Below are positions 43,275 to 53,024 of a stretch of DNA of 64,000 nucleotides, in pieces; within the stretch, counting starts at the first letter, position 1, and every line of letters starts with the position of its first letter. This DNA is from Bdellovibrionales bacterium (GTDB taxonomy: Bacteria > Bdellovibrionota > Bdellovibrionia > Bdellovibrionales > JAUICD01). The notes below the pieces were generated by a model, which made no database searches, was not told the DNA's origin, and saw only the letters and a list, made by a program, of their open reading frames with translations. Location: the NCBI GenBank assembly GCA_965262715.1, contig OZ253553.1:1312001-1376000 (forward strand). The letters are read 5' to 3'. Position numbers and translations under genes: made by a program.

Positions 43275-45173
43275 GTCTTAATCCTTTTTCTAGAGACTTT
43301 TTCTTAAGTGTAACCAACTCCTTATAACCCACCTACTGATTTTTCTAGGCCTCATTCTTAGAGGTCTCTTCTTAAATGAGGAAAAAAATTACCAGCATTA
43401 ATAAATAGAAAGTACACGTCTCAATCCCCCTTCCTAGAGGTCTTCTATCAAATTGAATCAGAAGTTAACTGAGATAGACCAGCTTGACACTTCTTGTCTC
43501 AATCCCCCTTCCTAGAGGTCTTCTATCAAATTGAATCAGAAGTTAACTGAGATAGACCAGCTTGACACTTCTTGTCTCAATCCCCCTTCCTAGAGGTCTT
43601 CTATCAAATTGAATCAGAAGTTAACTGAGATAGACCAGCTTGACACTTCTTGTCTCAATCCCCCTTCCTAGAGGTCTTCTATCAAATGCTTACTAAATGC
43701 TACTATAATATGTTGAATTGTTCGTCTCAATCCCCCTTCCTAGAGGTCTTCTATCAAATAAAGGAGGATTACTAATGACTAATAAAGAATTGTATGAGTC
43801 TCAATCCCCCTTCCTAGAGGTCTTCTATCAAATAATGGAAGTAACAAAACATGCACAAAGAATTATCTGCGTCTCAATCCCCCTTCCTAGAGGTCTTCTA
43901 TCAAATGAAGATTATCTATACCTAAAGAATCCTGATTGCTTAAAAGTCTCAATCCCCCTTCCTAGAGGTCTTCTATCAAATGAACATAAGGCAGGTGCGC
44001 TTGTCCAGACATTGTGATTAGTCTCAATCCCCCTTCCTAGAGGTCTTCTATCAAATGTCAATAAACCCTCAAACAAGCCTTAAAAGACGTGAGTCTCAAT
44101 CCCCCTTCCTAGAGGTCTTCTATCAAATAAATCCATAACAGAGGGCATTAAAGCATTGCTTGTGTGGTCTCAATCCCCCTTCCTAGAGGTCTTCTATCAA
44201 ATGAAAGAGTCTGAGTATACAATTCAAAGGATTTACACGGTCTCAATCCCCCTTCCTAGAGGTCTTCTATCAAATAGATTGAAAAAGAAGGCGTTCAACC
44301 TAAAAATGTCTTTGGTCTCAATCCCCCTTCCTAGAGGTCTTCTATCAAATAATTGAAAAAACAGTAGTGGCTGGGAGGAAAAAAATCCGTCTCAATCCCC
44401 CTTCCTAGAGGTCTTCTATCAAATTAGCGAAGTCTGTGATTACATTAACACCTATGTAAAAAATGAGTCTCAATCCCCCTTCCTAGAGGTCTTCTATCAA
44501 ATAATGCAATTATCTCATACTAAAGGAAGTTTTTCCCTGGTCTCAATCCCCCTTCCTAGAGGTCTTCTATCAAATCGATTCAGAGCTTCCGTATGTCTAT
44601 GTGAATGATGCATGTGTCTCAATCCCCCTTCCTAGAGGTCTTCTATCAAATCAAAAAGAATTTGATACATTTATCGGAATGGCTATCGGCGTCTCAATCC
44701 CCCTTCCTAGAGGTCTTCTATCAAATGCACTTCAAAAATTTAAAATTTGAAAGGATTTAATCCGTCTCAATCCCCCTTCCTAGAGGTCTTCTATCAAATG
44801 ACCTTGATCTAAGTCCACAGACTCAAAAGCTACAATAGGTCTCAATCCCCCTTCCTAGAGGTCTTCTATCAAATTATGTGAATTCGGTGTAAATAAATTC
44901 TTAGTTGAAAAACGATAGTCTCAATCCCCCTTCCTAGAGGTCTTCTATCAAATAAGTAGGCTGCAATGACAATCGATAAATTAATTGCAAAGTCTCAATC
45001 CCCCTTCCTAGAGGTCTTCTATCAAATAAATATGAGGTAATCACATCATTTTCAGTCTCTTTCCGTCTCAATCCCCCTTCCTAGAGGTCTTCTATCAAAT
45101 GTATAACGCAGTGTTTTAATCTTTTAGGGATGTCTCAGTCTCAATCCCCCTTCCTAGAGGTCTTCTATCAAAT
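43275..45173 (-). CRISPR. CRISPR array: 24 identical 36-bp repeats (43418-45173), 23 spacers of 36-43 nt, plus 2 degenerate trailer repeats (about 43275-43309 and 43343-43378)
   Basis: Minus-strand repeat ATTTGATAGAAGACCTCTAGGAAGGGGGATTGAGAC; degenerate end lies distal to the cas genes. Confidence 0.98.
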
Positions 45174-45318
45174 CCACCTTTCCATAACGTATTAAAAATA
45201 TTTGTAAAAAAATCACTATATTCAACATCTATTTTTTACACCTGAAAAAATTTCAATAAGAATAAAAAATGTACTACAAACTCCTTTAAAATAAGCCATT
45301 TAACATCTTTCAGTTTCA
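45174..45318 (-). promoter_or_regulatory. CRISPR leader
   Basis: AT-rich non-coding stretch between cas2 and the first repeat. Confidence 0.75.
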
Positions 45319-45600
45319 TTACAATATTAAAAATTCCATATTTTCAACCACTTTTGGATATCCTAAATATTCAATTTTTGACATACATTTTTCACATACC
45401 TTATAAATACGAATAGAATCAGTGAATTCTAAGTGCTTCTTTTTTAACCTTGTTAAAAGCTCGTTGAATCCCTTTTCTGACATCACTCCTTCAAAAACAG
45501 ACTTTTGCACTCGGTATGTATAGCCAGAAACAATTCTCCCTACTTGCAGTCTTGTCTTATTGTCACTAATATCATAGCTTACTATATACCTTGCAACCAT
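45319..45600 (-). CDS. cas2: CRISPR-associated endonuclease Cas2
   Basis: YIVSYDISD, RVQKSVFEG, DSIRIYKVC. Confidence 0.96.
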   Translation of the reverse strand: MVARYIVSYDISDNKTRLQVGRIVSGYTYRVQKSVFEGVMSEKGFNELLTRLKKKHLEFTDSIRIYKVCEKCMSKIEYLGYPKVVENMEFLIL

Positions 45601-45606
45601 TATTTA

Positions 45607-46629
45607 TTACACCTTTTTTTCATAAATATAAGGTTTATATTCAATATGAGAATGATTAATTGATTTTTTAAATAGTTCTATGCTTAAGCGAACAATTTCT
45701 CTAAAACTTTTGAATTTTCCTTGGTGCCAATGCTTTTTCTTATTGAGATCATTTTCATAATGTTCAATAAACCTCTTAAAGTTTTCTTTCTTAAGATAAC
45801 AACTTTGATCTTTCTTAAATTCAAAATCTTCATTATCAAAAATATTTTTATTAAAAAGACGCAAAATCAATCGATCAATCACTATATGCCGATATTCCTC
45901 AACTAAATCAAGAGCTAATGAAGCTCTGCCATATTTGAGTTTATGATAAAAACCTACATAAGGGTCAAACCCATGCCCCATTAAAAGAGCCTGAATTTCT
46001 CTTGCTAACATAGAATACCCAAAAGATAATGTTGCATTAATAGGATCAGAGGATGGAAAATATTTTCTTCCACGAAACAGATTAGGATCCTTCAAAGCAT
46101 ACTTAAAGTTTTGAAAATAAAGATCAGCTCCATGCCCCTCCAACCCTAAAAGAGATTCAATGGAAGGTGCACCTTCTATCTTTTTTAAAATTTTTTCAAA
46201 AGACCTTTTATGATTAAGCTTAAACTGACTCCTATTTGATAAATGGTATTTTTGAAGAAGTGCTACGCCATTTTTGATTTTAGATGCTACTATTTTCTTA
46301 GAAAATTTTAAGCAAAAGTCTTGATCCCTAGATAGATCATAAACATTCATACGTAAAAAAACATTTTTTGAAGAGCTAGGAAAACAATAAGACCTAAAAT
46401 GTCCTCGTTGAGTGTGAAATGATATAGGAATGTCTGACTGACCACAAGCCAGAATAGCTTGAGTTGTGATCTGTATTGGACCTAACAAAACCAATGCTCC
46501 TAAGGATTTTATAGGGATTTTCATTAGTTCTTGATCTTCGAGTGTCACCAGCAAAACTTCATGCTGTTTGCTGATCACTGCACCTTGATCCAAAACATAA
46601 AGTGTTTTATTAGCTAAACTTCTTGCCAT
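45607..46629 (-). CDS. cas1: CRISPR-associated endonuclease Cas1 (no RT fusion)
   Basis: LLGLEG, DPINATLSFGY, GFDPYVGFYH, SLALDLVEEYR. Confidence 0.97.
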   Translation of the reverse strand: MARSLANKTLYVLDQGAVISKQHEVLLVTLEDQELMKIPIKSLGALVLLGPIQITTQAILACGQSDIPISFHTQRGHFRSYCFPSSSKNVFLRMNVYDLSRDQDFCLKFSKKIVASKIKNGVALLQKYHLSNRSQFKLNHKRSFEKILKKIEGAPSIESLLGLEGHGADLYFQNFKYALKDPNLFRGRKYFPSSDPINATLSFGYSMLAREIQALLMGHGFDPYVGFYHKLKYGRASLALDLVEEYRHIVIDRLILRLFNKNIFDNEDFEFKKDQSCYLKKENFKRFIEHYENDLNKKKHWHQGKFKSFREIVRLSIELFKKSINHSHIEYKPYIYEKKV

Positions 46630-47615
46630 ATTCCCTTACACCATCCTATTGGCATCCTAAAATCAATACTCTTTCTAAACGAAGATTTATGACTCACAAA
46701 ATTTTGATCTTGTGGCCTTTTAAAAGACTCACTTCCTAAACATTTTTTGGTCCACACACCACCATGACCACCTAAAGAAATCAAAAACTCCTGCTTTGAC
46801 ATATCAATTGCATTTACCTTCACCTCAAAGGCATCACTTAAGTCACCATCCTTTTGATAAACTTGCTCTTTTAACTTTTCGAAAGCAGACAAATAAAACT
46901 TATGGGCCTGCTTAAAATCATAAGGCTTATCAAGACTGTCTTGAATTTCACATACAAAAGAACTTCCCGGTGTTAAGTATTGACAATAACAAGGAATGCT
47001 ATTGACACGATTTTTATTATGATGCCTACGAAGTCTTTTAGGATCAGGGAAGTTCTTCACTTCAATATTGCCAACATGCACCTTAAGTTTGTGATGGTCA
47101 GAGTCTCTGACCAAAAATTGATTAAAAGGATCCTCTTCAATGCTTTTAGCACTACCATCTTTTGGTTTAAAATATTTAAGGTTATGTTTTATATATGGAG
47201 TTTTAAGCATTCCTTTGACACTTGATCCAGGAACATAAACTCCCATACGACCTGTAGAAAATAAATGAATAAAAATCTGATTTTTGACTTTGCCCTGCTT
47301 TTTATTTTCCTCTATCTTGTTAAAAATATCCTCATCAAAGGTATCCCCTAAAATTTGTCTATTTAGGTTATATTCTTCTACAAATTTTGCATATTCATCT
47401 GGTATCAAAAATTCTTTTTTGCTCTCAATAAGCTTAAGAAATTCTTTAGTGATTTCCTCCTGACAAACACTTTCAGGATGGATTTCATATAAGGCTTTAG
47501 AGTTTTTGCCATTTGTTGGGTCTAGATAGGGCATAATATTGAGGTGATCTATTTGCTGGCCAGATCCAATAAAAACAGGAGTTAAGCATTCAAACTGCAA
47601 CTTGATTTTTCTCAT
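46614..47615 (-). CDS. csm5: Type III-A RAMP Csm5
   Basis: LTPVFIGSG, YVPGSSVKG, C-terminal LGGHGG and PIGW; operon position. Confidence 0.85.
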   Translation of the reverse strand: MRKIKLQFECLTPVFIGSGQQIDHLNIMPYLDPTNGKNSKALYEIHPESVCQEEITKEFLKLIESKKEFLIPDEYAKFVEEYNLNRQILGDTFDEDIFNKIEENKKQGKVKNQIFIHLFSTGRMGVYVPGSSVKGMLKTPYIKHNLKYFKPKDGSAKSIEEDPFNQFLVRDSDHHKLKVHVGNIEVKNFPDPKRLRRHHNKNRVNSIPCYCQYLTPGSSFVCEIQDSLDKPYDFKQAHKFYLSAFEKLKEQVYQKDGDLSDAFEVKVNAIDMSKQEFLISLGGHGGVWTKKCLGSESFKRPQDQNFVSHKSSFRKSIDFRMPIGWCKGIWQEV

Positions 47616-48568
47616 GCGGCATCTTCCTCATACACTATATCCATATCAATGTGTTGAATAGGTGAAAACCCATAAATCAACCGATTGTTTTTGACTCTTA
47701 GACACTTTCCTAAATGTTGAGGCGTCTTATCTTGAGATGAAAAAACAGAGCGAGATTGGACTCTTGTGATCTTTGGATAAATCTGTCCATCAAACCCTCT
47801 ACTCGGTGCTGTTGTCAGCTGATAATAGCCCTTAGAAGGATCACCTGTTTTAGGAATAAAACTTGCCAGAGCCATAACTGCCTTAGCCGATGTTTCAAAA
47901 TCAAAATTTAATTCTTGAACCTCTATATTTTTCACAACACCTAAACCAATGCTGGTTTTTCTACCTAAACCTGTCACCTTAAGATAAGAAAAATACTGCT
48001 CTAGTTGGCTTTTCTCAAAACAAGGACTGTCTACAATGATTTGAAACTTTGCCTTTTTTGAGCTTGTTTTTTCTGAATGGATATTTTCTGGATGTTTTGG
48101 ATAAAACACTTCAAGTGGATAAGGGGTGGCTTGCGTGGTTTGGTTTTCTTCCCTTTCAATGGCATTGCGGGTGAGATGTTGCCTCTCAAAAAAATCATTT
48201 TCCGTTTTTAACAAATGGTTTTCTGTGACCCATCGCATAATGTGTTCTTGGTTTACAATTTTTGTATCTTCTTTGCAATATTTGGCTTTTTTCCATTTTT
48301 TTGTTTGTTTTGTGTCATTGGTTCTCTCACTAGTTTGTTCACTAGATTTTAAAATATTAAAAGGGATCAAATGCCATCCTGAAGGGTGCATATCTGATAA
48401 AATTAGAGCGGTTTTGTTTTCTACTAAGTCGAGAAACTCTTCAAGTTTGACTTCATCTTCAAATTCTCTAATAGCCCAACACAAACCCCCAAAAATAGTG
48501 GTGGATCTAGGGATGCTCCCTAAAACAGTATTTCCAGAAAGTTCAATCTTTACACAAAATCGTTTCAT
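47612..48568 (-). CDS. csm4: Type III-A RAMP Csm4
   Basis: STTIFGGLCWA, ILSDMHP, RNAIER, GLGRKTSIGLG. Confidence 0.85.
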   Translation of the reverse strand: MKRFCVKIELSGNTVLGSIPRSTTIFGGLCWAIREFEDEVKLEEFLDLVENKTALILSDMHPSGWHLIPFNILKSSEQTSERTNDTKQTKKWKKAKYCKEDTKIVNQEHIMRWVTENHLLKTENDFFERQHLTRNAIEREENQTTQATPYPLEVFYPKHPENIHSEKTSSKKAKFQIIVDSPCFEKSQLEQYFSYLKVTGLGRKTSIGLGVVKNIEVQELNFDFETSAKAVMALASFIPKTGDPSKGYYQLTTAPSRGFDGQIYPKITRVQSRSVFSSQDKTPQHLGKCLRVKNNRLIYGFSPIQHIDMDIVYEEDAA

Positions 48569-49173
48569 TAGGCTGACTCTTTCAAATTGACTGTGATTTC
48601 TTTTTCTTCTAAATTTTCTATTTTTACTTGACCATACCCTCTTGTCCCCATCCCTCCAAGATAACTATTTTCTAAAAGATCAAGACCCTTGTTAATCAGT
48701 TCTAAATGATCTTCGTTTTTAAGAATGATCTCTAGATCAAAGCTCACACACGGTTGAACTCTTTCAATTGTTCTTAAACTACCTCCTTTAGCATTACCTT
48801 TTTCTCGATCTATAGCTGTTTCCATTTTTTCTTCGTAGAGTTTTCTTTGATCCTCACCCTTAAATCTTTCTTGATCTTCTTGACATAAAAATGCATCACG
48901 AAAAATCACTTGACCTACTTGAATATTCTTTTGATCGTCTCTAGGTGCATTTCCAAATGCTTCTTTCATTCCTTTTGATTCATCTTCAGCTTTTTTACCC
49001 TTAGCAAGAAGAGAACGGATTTTCCCTTTTAAGGAAGATCCTGGGATATAAGGGTAGTCATTGAGGAGATTTTTAATGACAGGTGCATCTATACCACCAA
49101 TCCCAATTTGATCTTTACCCATTCCAATATGCATCCCTGTTATAACTTTGATTTTGCCAGTTAACTTTAACAT
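48568..49173 (-). CDS. csm3: Type III-A backbone RNase Csm3
   Basis: TGMHIG, GGIDAPV (catalytic Asp), PYIPGSSLKGKIRSLL, YLGGMGTRGYG. Confidence 0.93.
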   Translation of the reverse strand: MLKLTGKIKVITGMHIGMGKDQIGIGGIDAPVIKNLLNDYPYIPGSSLKGKIRSLLAKGKKAEDESKGMKEAFGNAPRDDQKNIQVGQVIFRDAFLCQEDQERFKGEDQRKLYEEKMETAIDREKGNAKGGSLRTIERVQPCVSFDLEIILKNEDHLELINKGLDLLENSYLGGMGTRGYGQVKIENLEEKEITVNLKESA

Positions 49174-49250
49174 AAAATCCTCCCTGTTTTTTTCTAGATT
49201 AAAAAAAACTTAAAGCCTCTAACGATTTTTAAATTGTCAGATAGCTATAG

Positions 49251-49664
49251 CTATTTACCCTCCCCATAAAACCCATACACAGCTGTAAAAAATGACTTTG
49301 CTCGATCGCGATCAAGTTGTTCATTTCCTACAACCAATTGAATCAATTGTTCAAGAAATTGAGCCATCTCATCAGCTAATACCTTCCTGCTCTTTTGATA
49401 ATGGATCTTTGGAAGCAGCATTCTTAATTTGAAAGTATTTGGACTTTCAATAGCCACATTGAATTCATCATAAAATTTTCTAATTTGATTTTTTCCTCCT
49501 CTTTTGAATTTGTCAGCAATGTCTTTAGCATGTTCTATAAACATTTCATCTTTTTTTATTTTGTCCGGCTCTAATTTAATGCTTATACGATTCTCAGTAT
49601 GTTTCTGGCGATAATTTCCTTTTTGATTTGACTTGTAATTTTTACGATGATTTGGATAATTCAT
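49251..49664 (-). CDS. csm2: Type III-A small subunit Csm2
   Basis: NQIRKFYDE, LLPKIHYQKSR, FFTAVYGF; directly after cas10. Confidence 0.88.
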   Translation of the reverse strand: MNYPNHRKNYKSNQKGNYRQKHTENRISIKLEPDKIKKDEMFIEHAKDIADKFKRGGKNQIRKFYDEFNVAIESPNTFKLRMLLPKIHYQKSRKVLADEMAQFLEQLIQLVVGNEQLDRDRAKSFFTAVYGFYGEGK

Positions 49665-52050
49665 TTTCTTTTTCCTCCTTTTGTCTTTGATCTAATAAAT
49701 GAAACTCAATAGCTTGTTGGTTGTAAAATTGACTCAATGATGAGTTGCTATGATCTTTTAAAACTTTAAAAATACCTTCAATCTTATTAAAATTTTTATT
49801 CTGAACTCCATTTTCAGGAGGAAACTTCCTTTGAAGGTAATAGTTGTAATAGGCTGGCCATAAAAGATCATGACGTGTAGGACGCTTTTGCCTTGCTGAA
49901 TGGGAAAATTGCAAAAGACGGCGAAATAAACCTATGCTATTTTCCATACCCTCTGCAATCTCTTTAAGGTTATTCCACATTTTAAACATCTCATCTAACT
50001 CTTCCCATTTCATCATTTCACTGTGAAGAAATATCTGATTTTTCCCTTCTTGATTTTTGACATGACTTAAATCATCTTCCACACTTTCTGCTAAGCTCAA
50101 TAAAGGGCTACTACTTTTAAATAATTGATAAGCACAACTCCACCCTAGTTTATTATAACTCAAGCTTTTAAATTCTGATTGGATTTGTTGCAGAAACTTT
50201 GGCAAAACATTATGATTGCCAACTAGAAAAAAATCATCTCCCGCCAAATACACAGGATAAATTTTGTACTTATATTTCTCTTGAATGATTTGTTGGGATC
50301 GTCCTCTAAAAAACCATTGGACCTGATGACTTAATGACGCTAGTTCTCCTGTTGATTTTGGATTTTGAATAATAAAGTTCCCAAGATCATCCACATCGGC
50401 CTTCACAATTGCCAAATATACCGATTTTTCATTCATTTCATCAAAGCTCAAAATATCGCCCTCACCTTCTTTTTTGAAGGGAGTGCTAAAATATCCTTGA
50501 TTTTGTGGTAAAAATTTAAAATCAGAACTTTCTTTCAATACTTGAATGGAAAATATAGAATCACTTTTAGAAATTGCATTTGGAGTCTCTTTATTGATCT
50601 GATCTGCTTGTAAATAGGAAAGATAAACTCCCTCAAAGACCTTAGTAGCATGACCTTGAAGCTTTTGAGTGCTAAAAACCCTTACATCATGCTTGACATC
50701 TTTTTCCCCAATTTTGATGAAACTTTCACAAGAATCACAAATAAAATTATCTTCTTCATTTTCCTCTTGATCTTGCTTAAGCTTCCCTTCTTGTTCCTTG
50801 CAGTAACGGCAAAGCTCCCCATTGATTTCTTGAATATCTTTGTCTTGATTGATTTGACTCCATGCCTTATCCTCATATCGTTTAAGAGGTTGAAATTTGC
50901 TTTGATGAAGTCCTTCATAAACTTCCTTTTGAAAATCTTTGAATTTATCTTTCTCAAATTGCTTATAATCAACATTTTCTTTTAAAATATATTCAAACCC
51001 AATCAAATGACCATATTTTTTCTGTAATTCATTCTTAAAATCAATGAGAATCCCATGTATTTCATCCTTTTTTATAGAAGCTGGTAAGAGATAAGAGATT
51101 TTACCTTTGGTATTAAGAAAAATATTGGCATAGCTCACAGACAATGAAGATAGCCTGTAAGTGAGCACTTCAGAAACCAGTTCTACAAAAGTAGATTTGC
51201 CCCTTAATATTTTAGTAGCCTGTTTGGTCTTATAAACATTGTAAATGAATTTTTGGATTCCAGATATTTCTACCAATAAATAATGACATTTATTTTGGTT
51301 TTCCGATAGGCAATGAGCAAAATCCGCCGTTATCCTTTGATGGTCATACAAAGATACTTTTGGATGATCTGTATTGGTAGCAGCAGGAACCCATGTTAAA
51401 TATTTTCTTTGCATTTCACATAATAGAAATATCAAAAGCTGTTCATTGTTTTGATATTTATCCCAAACATCTTTAACCCATTTCACTAAATCATTCCATA
51501 TTGAAACATGCATTTTATGAATTTCTTCACGATCTTCTCTATTTCTCCAATCTAAAAATTCACTTGAAAGGTTTTTCAATGAATCATATTTGTCACAATG
51601 GTGGGGTTTAATAAAAATAGATTGATCCCATTCATTCTTTTGATGAATTTTATTATTGTTTTGGGAGACATCAAAAAAACTGGTTACAGCTAATTTACTC
51701 CATTGTTGGTTGTAGTCGTCTTTAGGCGTTCCTCGATCATGTCCTGAACTGATCCGATCCGCATCCTGCACAAATTTTGCTTCACCTTCAAGATTGTGTT
51801 GATGATGTAATGATGCCCATTTCATAATATCTCTAATATCTTGTGGAAGAGTTCCACCAAATACCTTATCAAAAAACTCCACTGTCCAAAGAACATGTCT
51901 ATGGGTATATCTGTCTTGATTTAAAGGACAATATTCTGATTCTGCATTTTGTGTGCTTTGGGATAACTCAATACCTGCTCTTTCCCCTAACTTTCCAATA
52001 TCATGAAAAAGACCAGCAATTTGTATTTTTTGCCATTGACTTAGTGCCAT
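49642..52050 (-). CDS. cas10: Cas10/Csm1 with HD domain and AGDD palm motif (start ATG 52050)
   Basis: LFHDIGK, ADRISSG, SLYDH, ISGIQKFIY, KADVDDLG, YLAGDDFF; AAGGAG RBS before 52050. Confidence 0.95.
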   Translation of the reverse strand: MALSQWQKIQIAGLFHDIGKLGERAGIELSQSTQNAESEYCPLNQDRYTHRHVLWTVEFFDKVFGGTLPQDIRDIMKWASLHHQHNLEGEAKFVQDADRISSGHDRGTPKDDYNQQWSKLAVTSFFDVSQNNNKIHQKNEWDQSIFIKPHHCDKYDSLKNLSSEFLDWRNREDREEIHKMHVSIWNDLVKWVKDVWDKYQNNEQLLIFLLCEMQRKYLTWVPAATNTDHPKVSLYDHQRITADFAHCLSENQNKCHYLLVEISGIQKFIYNVYKTKQATKILRGKSTFVELVSEVLTYRLSSLSVSYANIFLNTKGKISYLLPASIKKDEIHGILIDFKNELQKKYGHLIGFEYILKENVDYKQFEKDKFKDFQKEVYEGLHQSKFQPLKRYEDKAWSQINQDKDIQEINGELCRYCKEQEGKLKQDQEENEEDNFICDSCESFIKIGEKDVKHDVRVFSTQKLQGHATKVFEGVYLSYLQADQINKETPNAISKSDSIFSIQVLKESSDFKFLPQNQGYFSTPFKKEGEGDILSFDEMNEKSVYLAIVKADVDDLGNFIIQNPKSTGELASLSHQVQWFFRGRSQQIIQEKYKYKIYPVYLAGDDFFLVGNHNVLPKFLQQIQSEFKSLSYNKLGWSCAYQLFKSSSPLLSLAESVEDDLSHVKNQEGKNQIFLHSEMMKWEELDEMFKMWNNLKEIAEGMENSIGLFRRLLQFSHSARQKRPTRHDLLWPAYYNYYLQRKFPPENGVQNKNFNKIEGIFKVLKDHSNSSLSQFYNQQAIEFHLLDQRQKEEKENELSKSS

Positions 52051-52054
52051 AAGC

Positions 52055-52870
52055 TCAAGCTCCTTTCTTGAGAGTTTGAGTGTCTTGGATATCAATGTCG
52101 TGGATATAAATATCTCCAAAGCCAAATGTTCTTGCTTTTCCAAGCCCTAAAAATTTTCCAGACACTAAATAAGATGTCAGTCTTCCATCAGGATCAAAAA
52201 GCTTGTATGTTCCAATAAGACCGCCCATCCTCATAGATGTTTTTTGTCGGTGAGAGAAACGTTGAAAATCAATCCAACGTTCAAATATTTTAATCACTTC
52301 AATATTTTCAGAAGACTTCATGCCAAAGATACCTCCAATATTTTTATTATCAATTTGAGTCACTAGCTTTTTGCTTTTCTTAATTCTTAAAGGAGTTCTA
52401 AGGTGCAGAATGAAATTATTTTTTTGAGGAAGAGATATGTCTTTGGTATTTTTGATTTGTACTTTGTTTGATAAAATCTTTCTGTTTTCATAAAGGGTTT
52501 GGTCAAAGTTTTTGACAGATACCATCTCAAATCTATCTGTCTTAAAATATTCCATGACTTTAATGATATGGAGAGCATAATTGAGAGACTTTGACCACAA
52601 GATGATTTTAAAGCTAAACTGATCTCCTTGTTTCAATTGCATTTTCTCTGGAGGAGATATTCGCCAGTTTTTATCTTCCACCTCATACATTTGAAAGTAA
52701 GGACAGGTTGCTTGTAGCATGCATTTTGAGCAAGGTGTGCCTTTTTGAATACAAAAAGTTCTTTTGAGCTTCATTCCTAAAAAACCACGTAAATGGTTTG
52801 CCCAAAACCAATCAATATTATAGGTAGAATTAGACCTCAAAGAAAATAATAGCTCTGTAAATTTCACCAA
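52055..52870 (-). CDS. cas6: Cas6-family crRNA processing endoribonuclease
   Basis: LRGFLG, CxxCMLQATCPY, TPLRIK, MGGLIG, C-terminal GLGKARTFGFG. Confidence 0.88.
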   Translation of the reverse strand: MVKFTELLFSLRSNSTYNIDWFWANHLRGFLGMKLKRTFCIQKGTPCSKCMLQATCPYFQMYEVEDKNWRISPPEKMQLKQGDQFSFKIILWSKSLNYALHIIKVMEYFKTDRFEMVSVKNFDQTLYENRKILSNKVQIKNTKDISLPQKNNFILHLRTPLRIKKSKKLVTQIDNKNIGGIFGMKSSENIEVIKIFERWIDFQRFSHRQKTSMRMGGLIGTYKLFDPDGRLTSYLVSGKFLGLGKARTFGFGDIYIHDIDIQDTQTLKKGA

Positions 52871-53024
52871 AGTTCCTTTCAGAAATACGAATTCAAATTC
52901 ACCACATAGTTTATTATTGTCTTAACTCTAAATTTAAGATCAAAAACTTATTTGAAAGGTCTTAAATGAAAATTTAACTTGCAAACCTGAGATGAAAATA
53001 GTTATTTGCAATTTTTTAGACACA

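Noticed and set aside
43718..44356. ORFs with repeated VSIPLPRGLLSN
   Set aside because: Translations of CRISPR repeats
43418..45173. Self-targeting spacers
   Set aside because: No match to the rest of this window noticed by eye; not computationally tested
45607..46629. RNA spacer acquisition by RT-Cas1 as the cause of spacer strand bias
   Set aside because: Cas1 is 340 aa with no RT domain and no RT gene is present in the window
52051..52143. N-terminal extension of Cas10 in the ORF track
   Set aside because: Overlaps the cas6 3-prime end; ATG 52050 has a good RBS and precedes the HD motif
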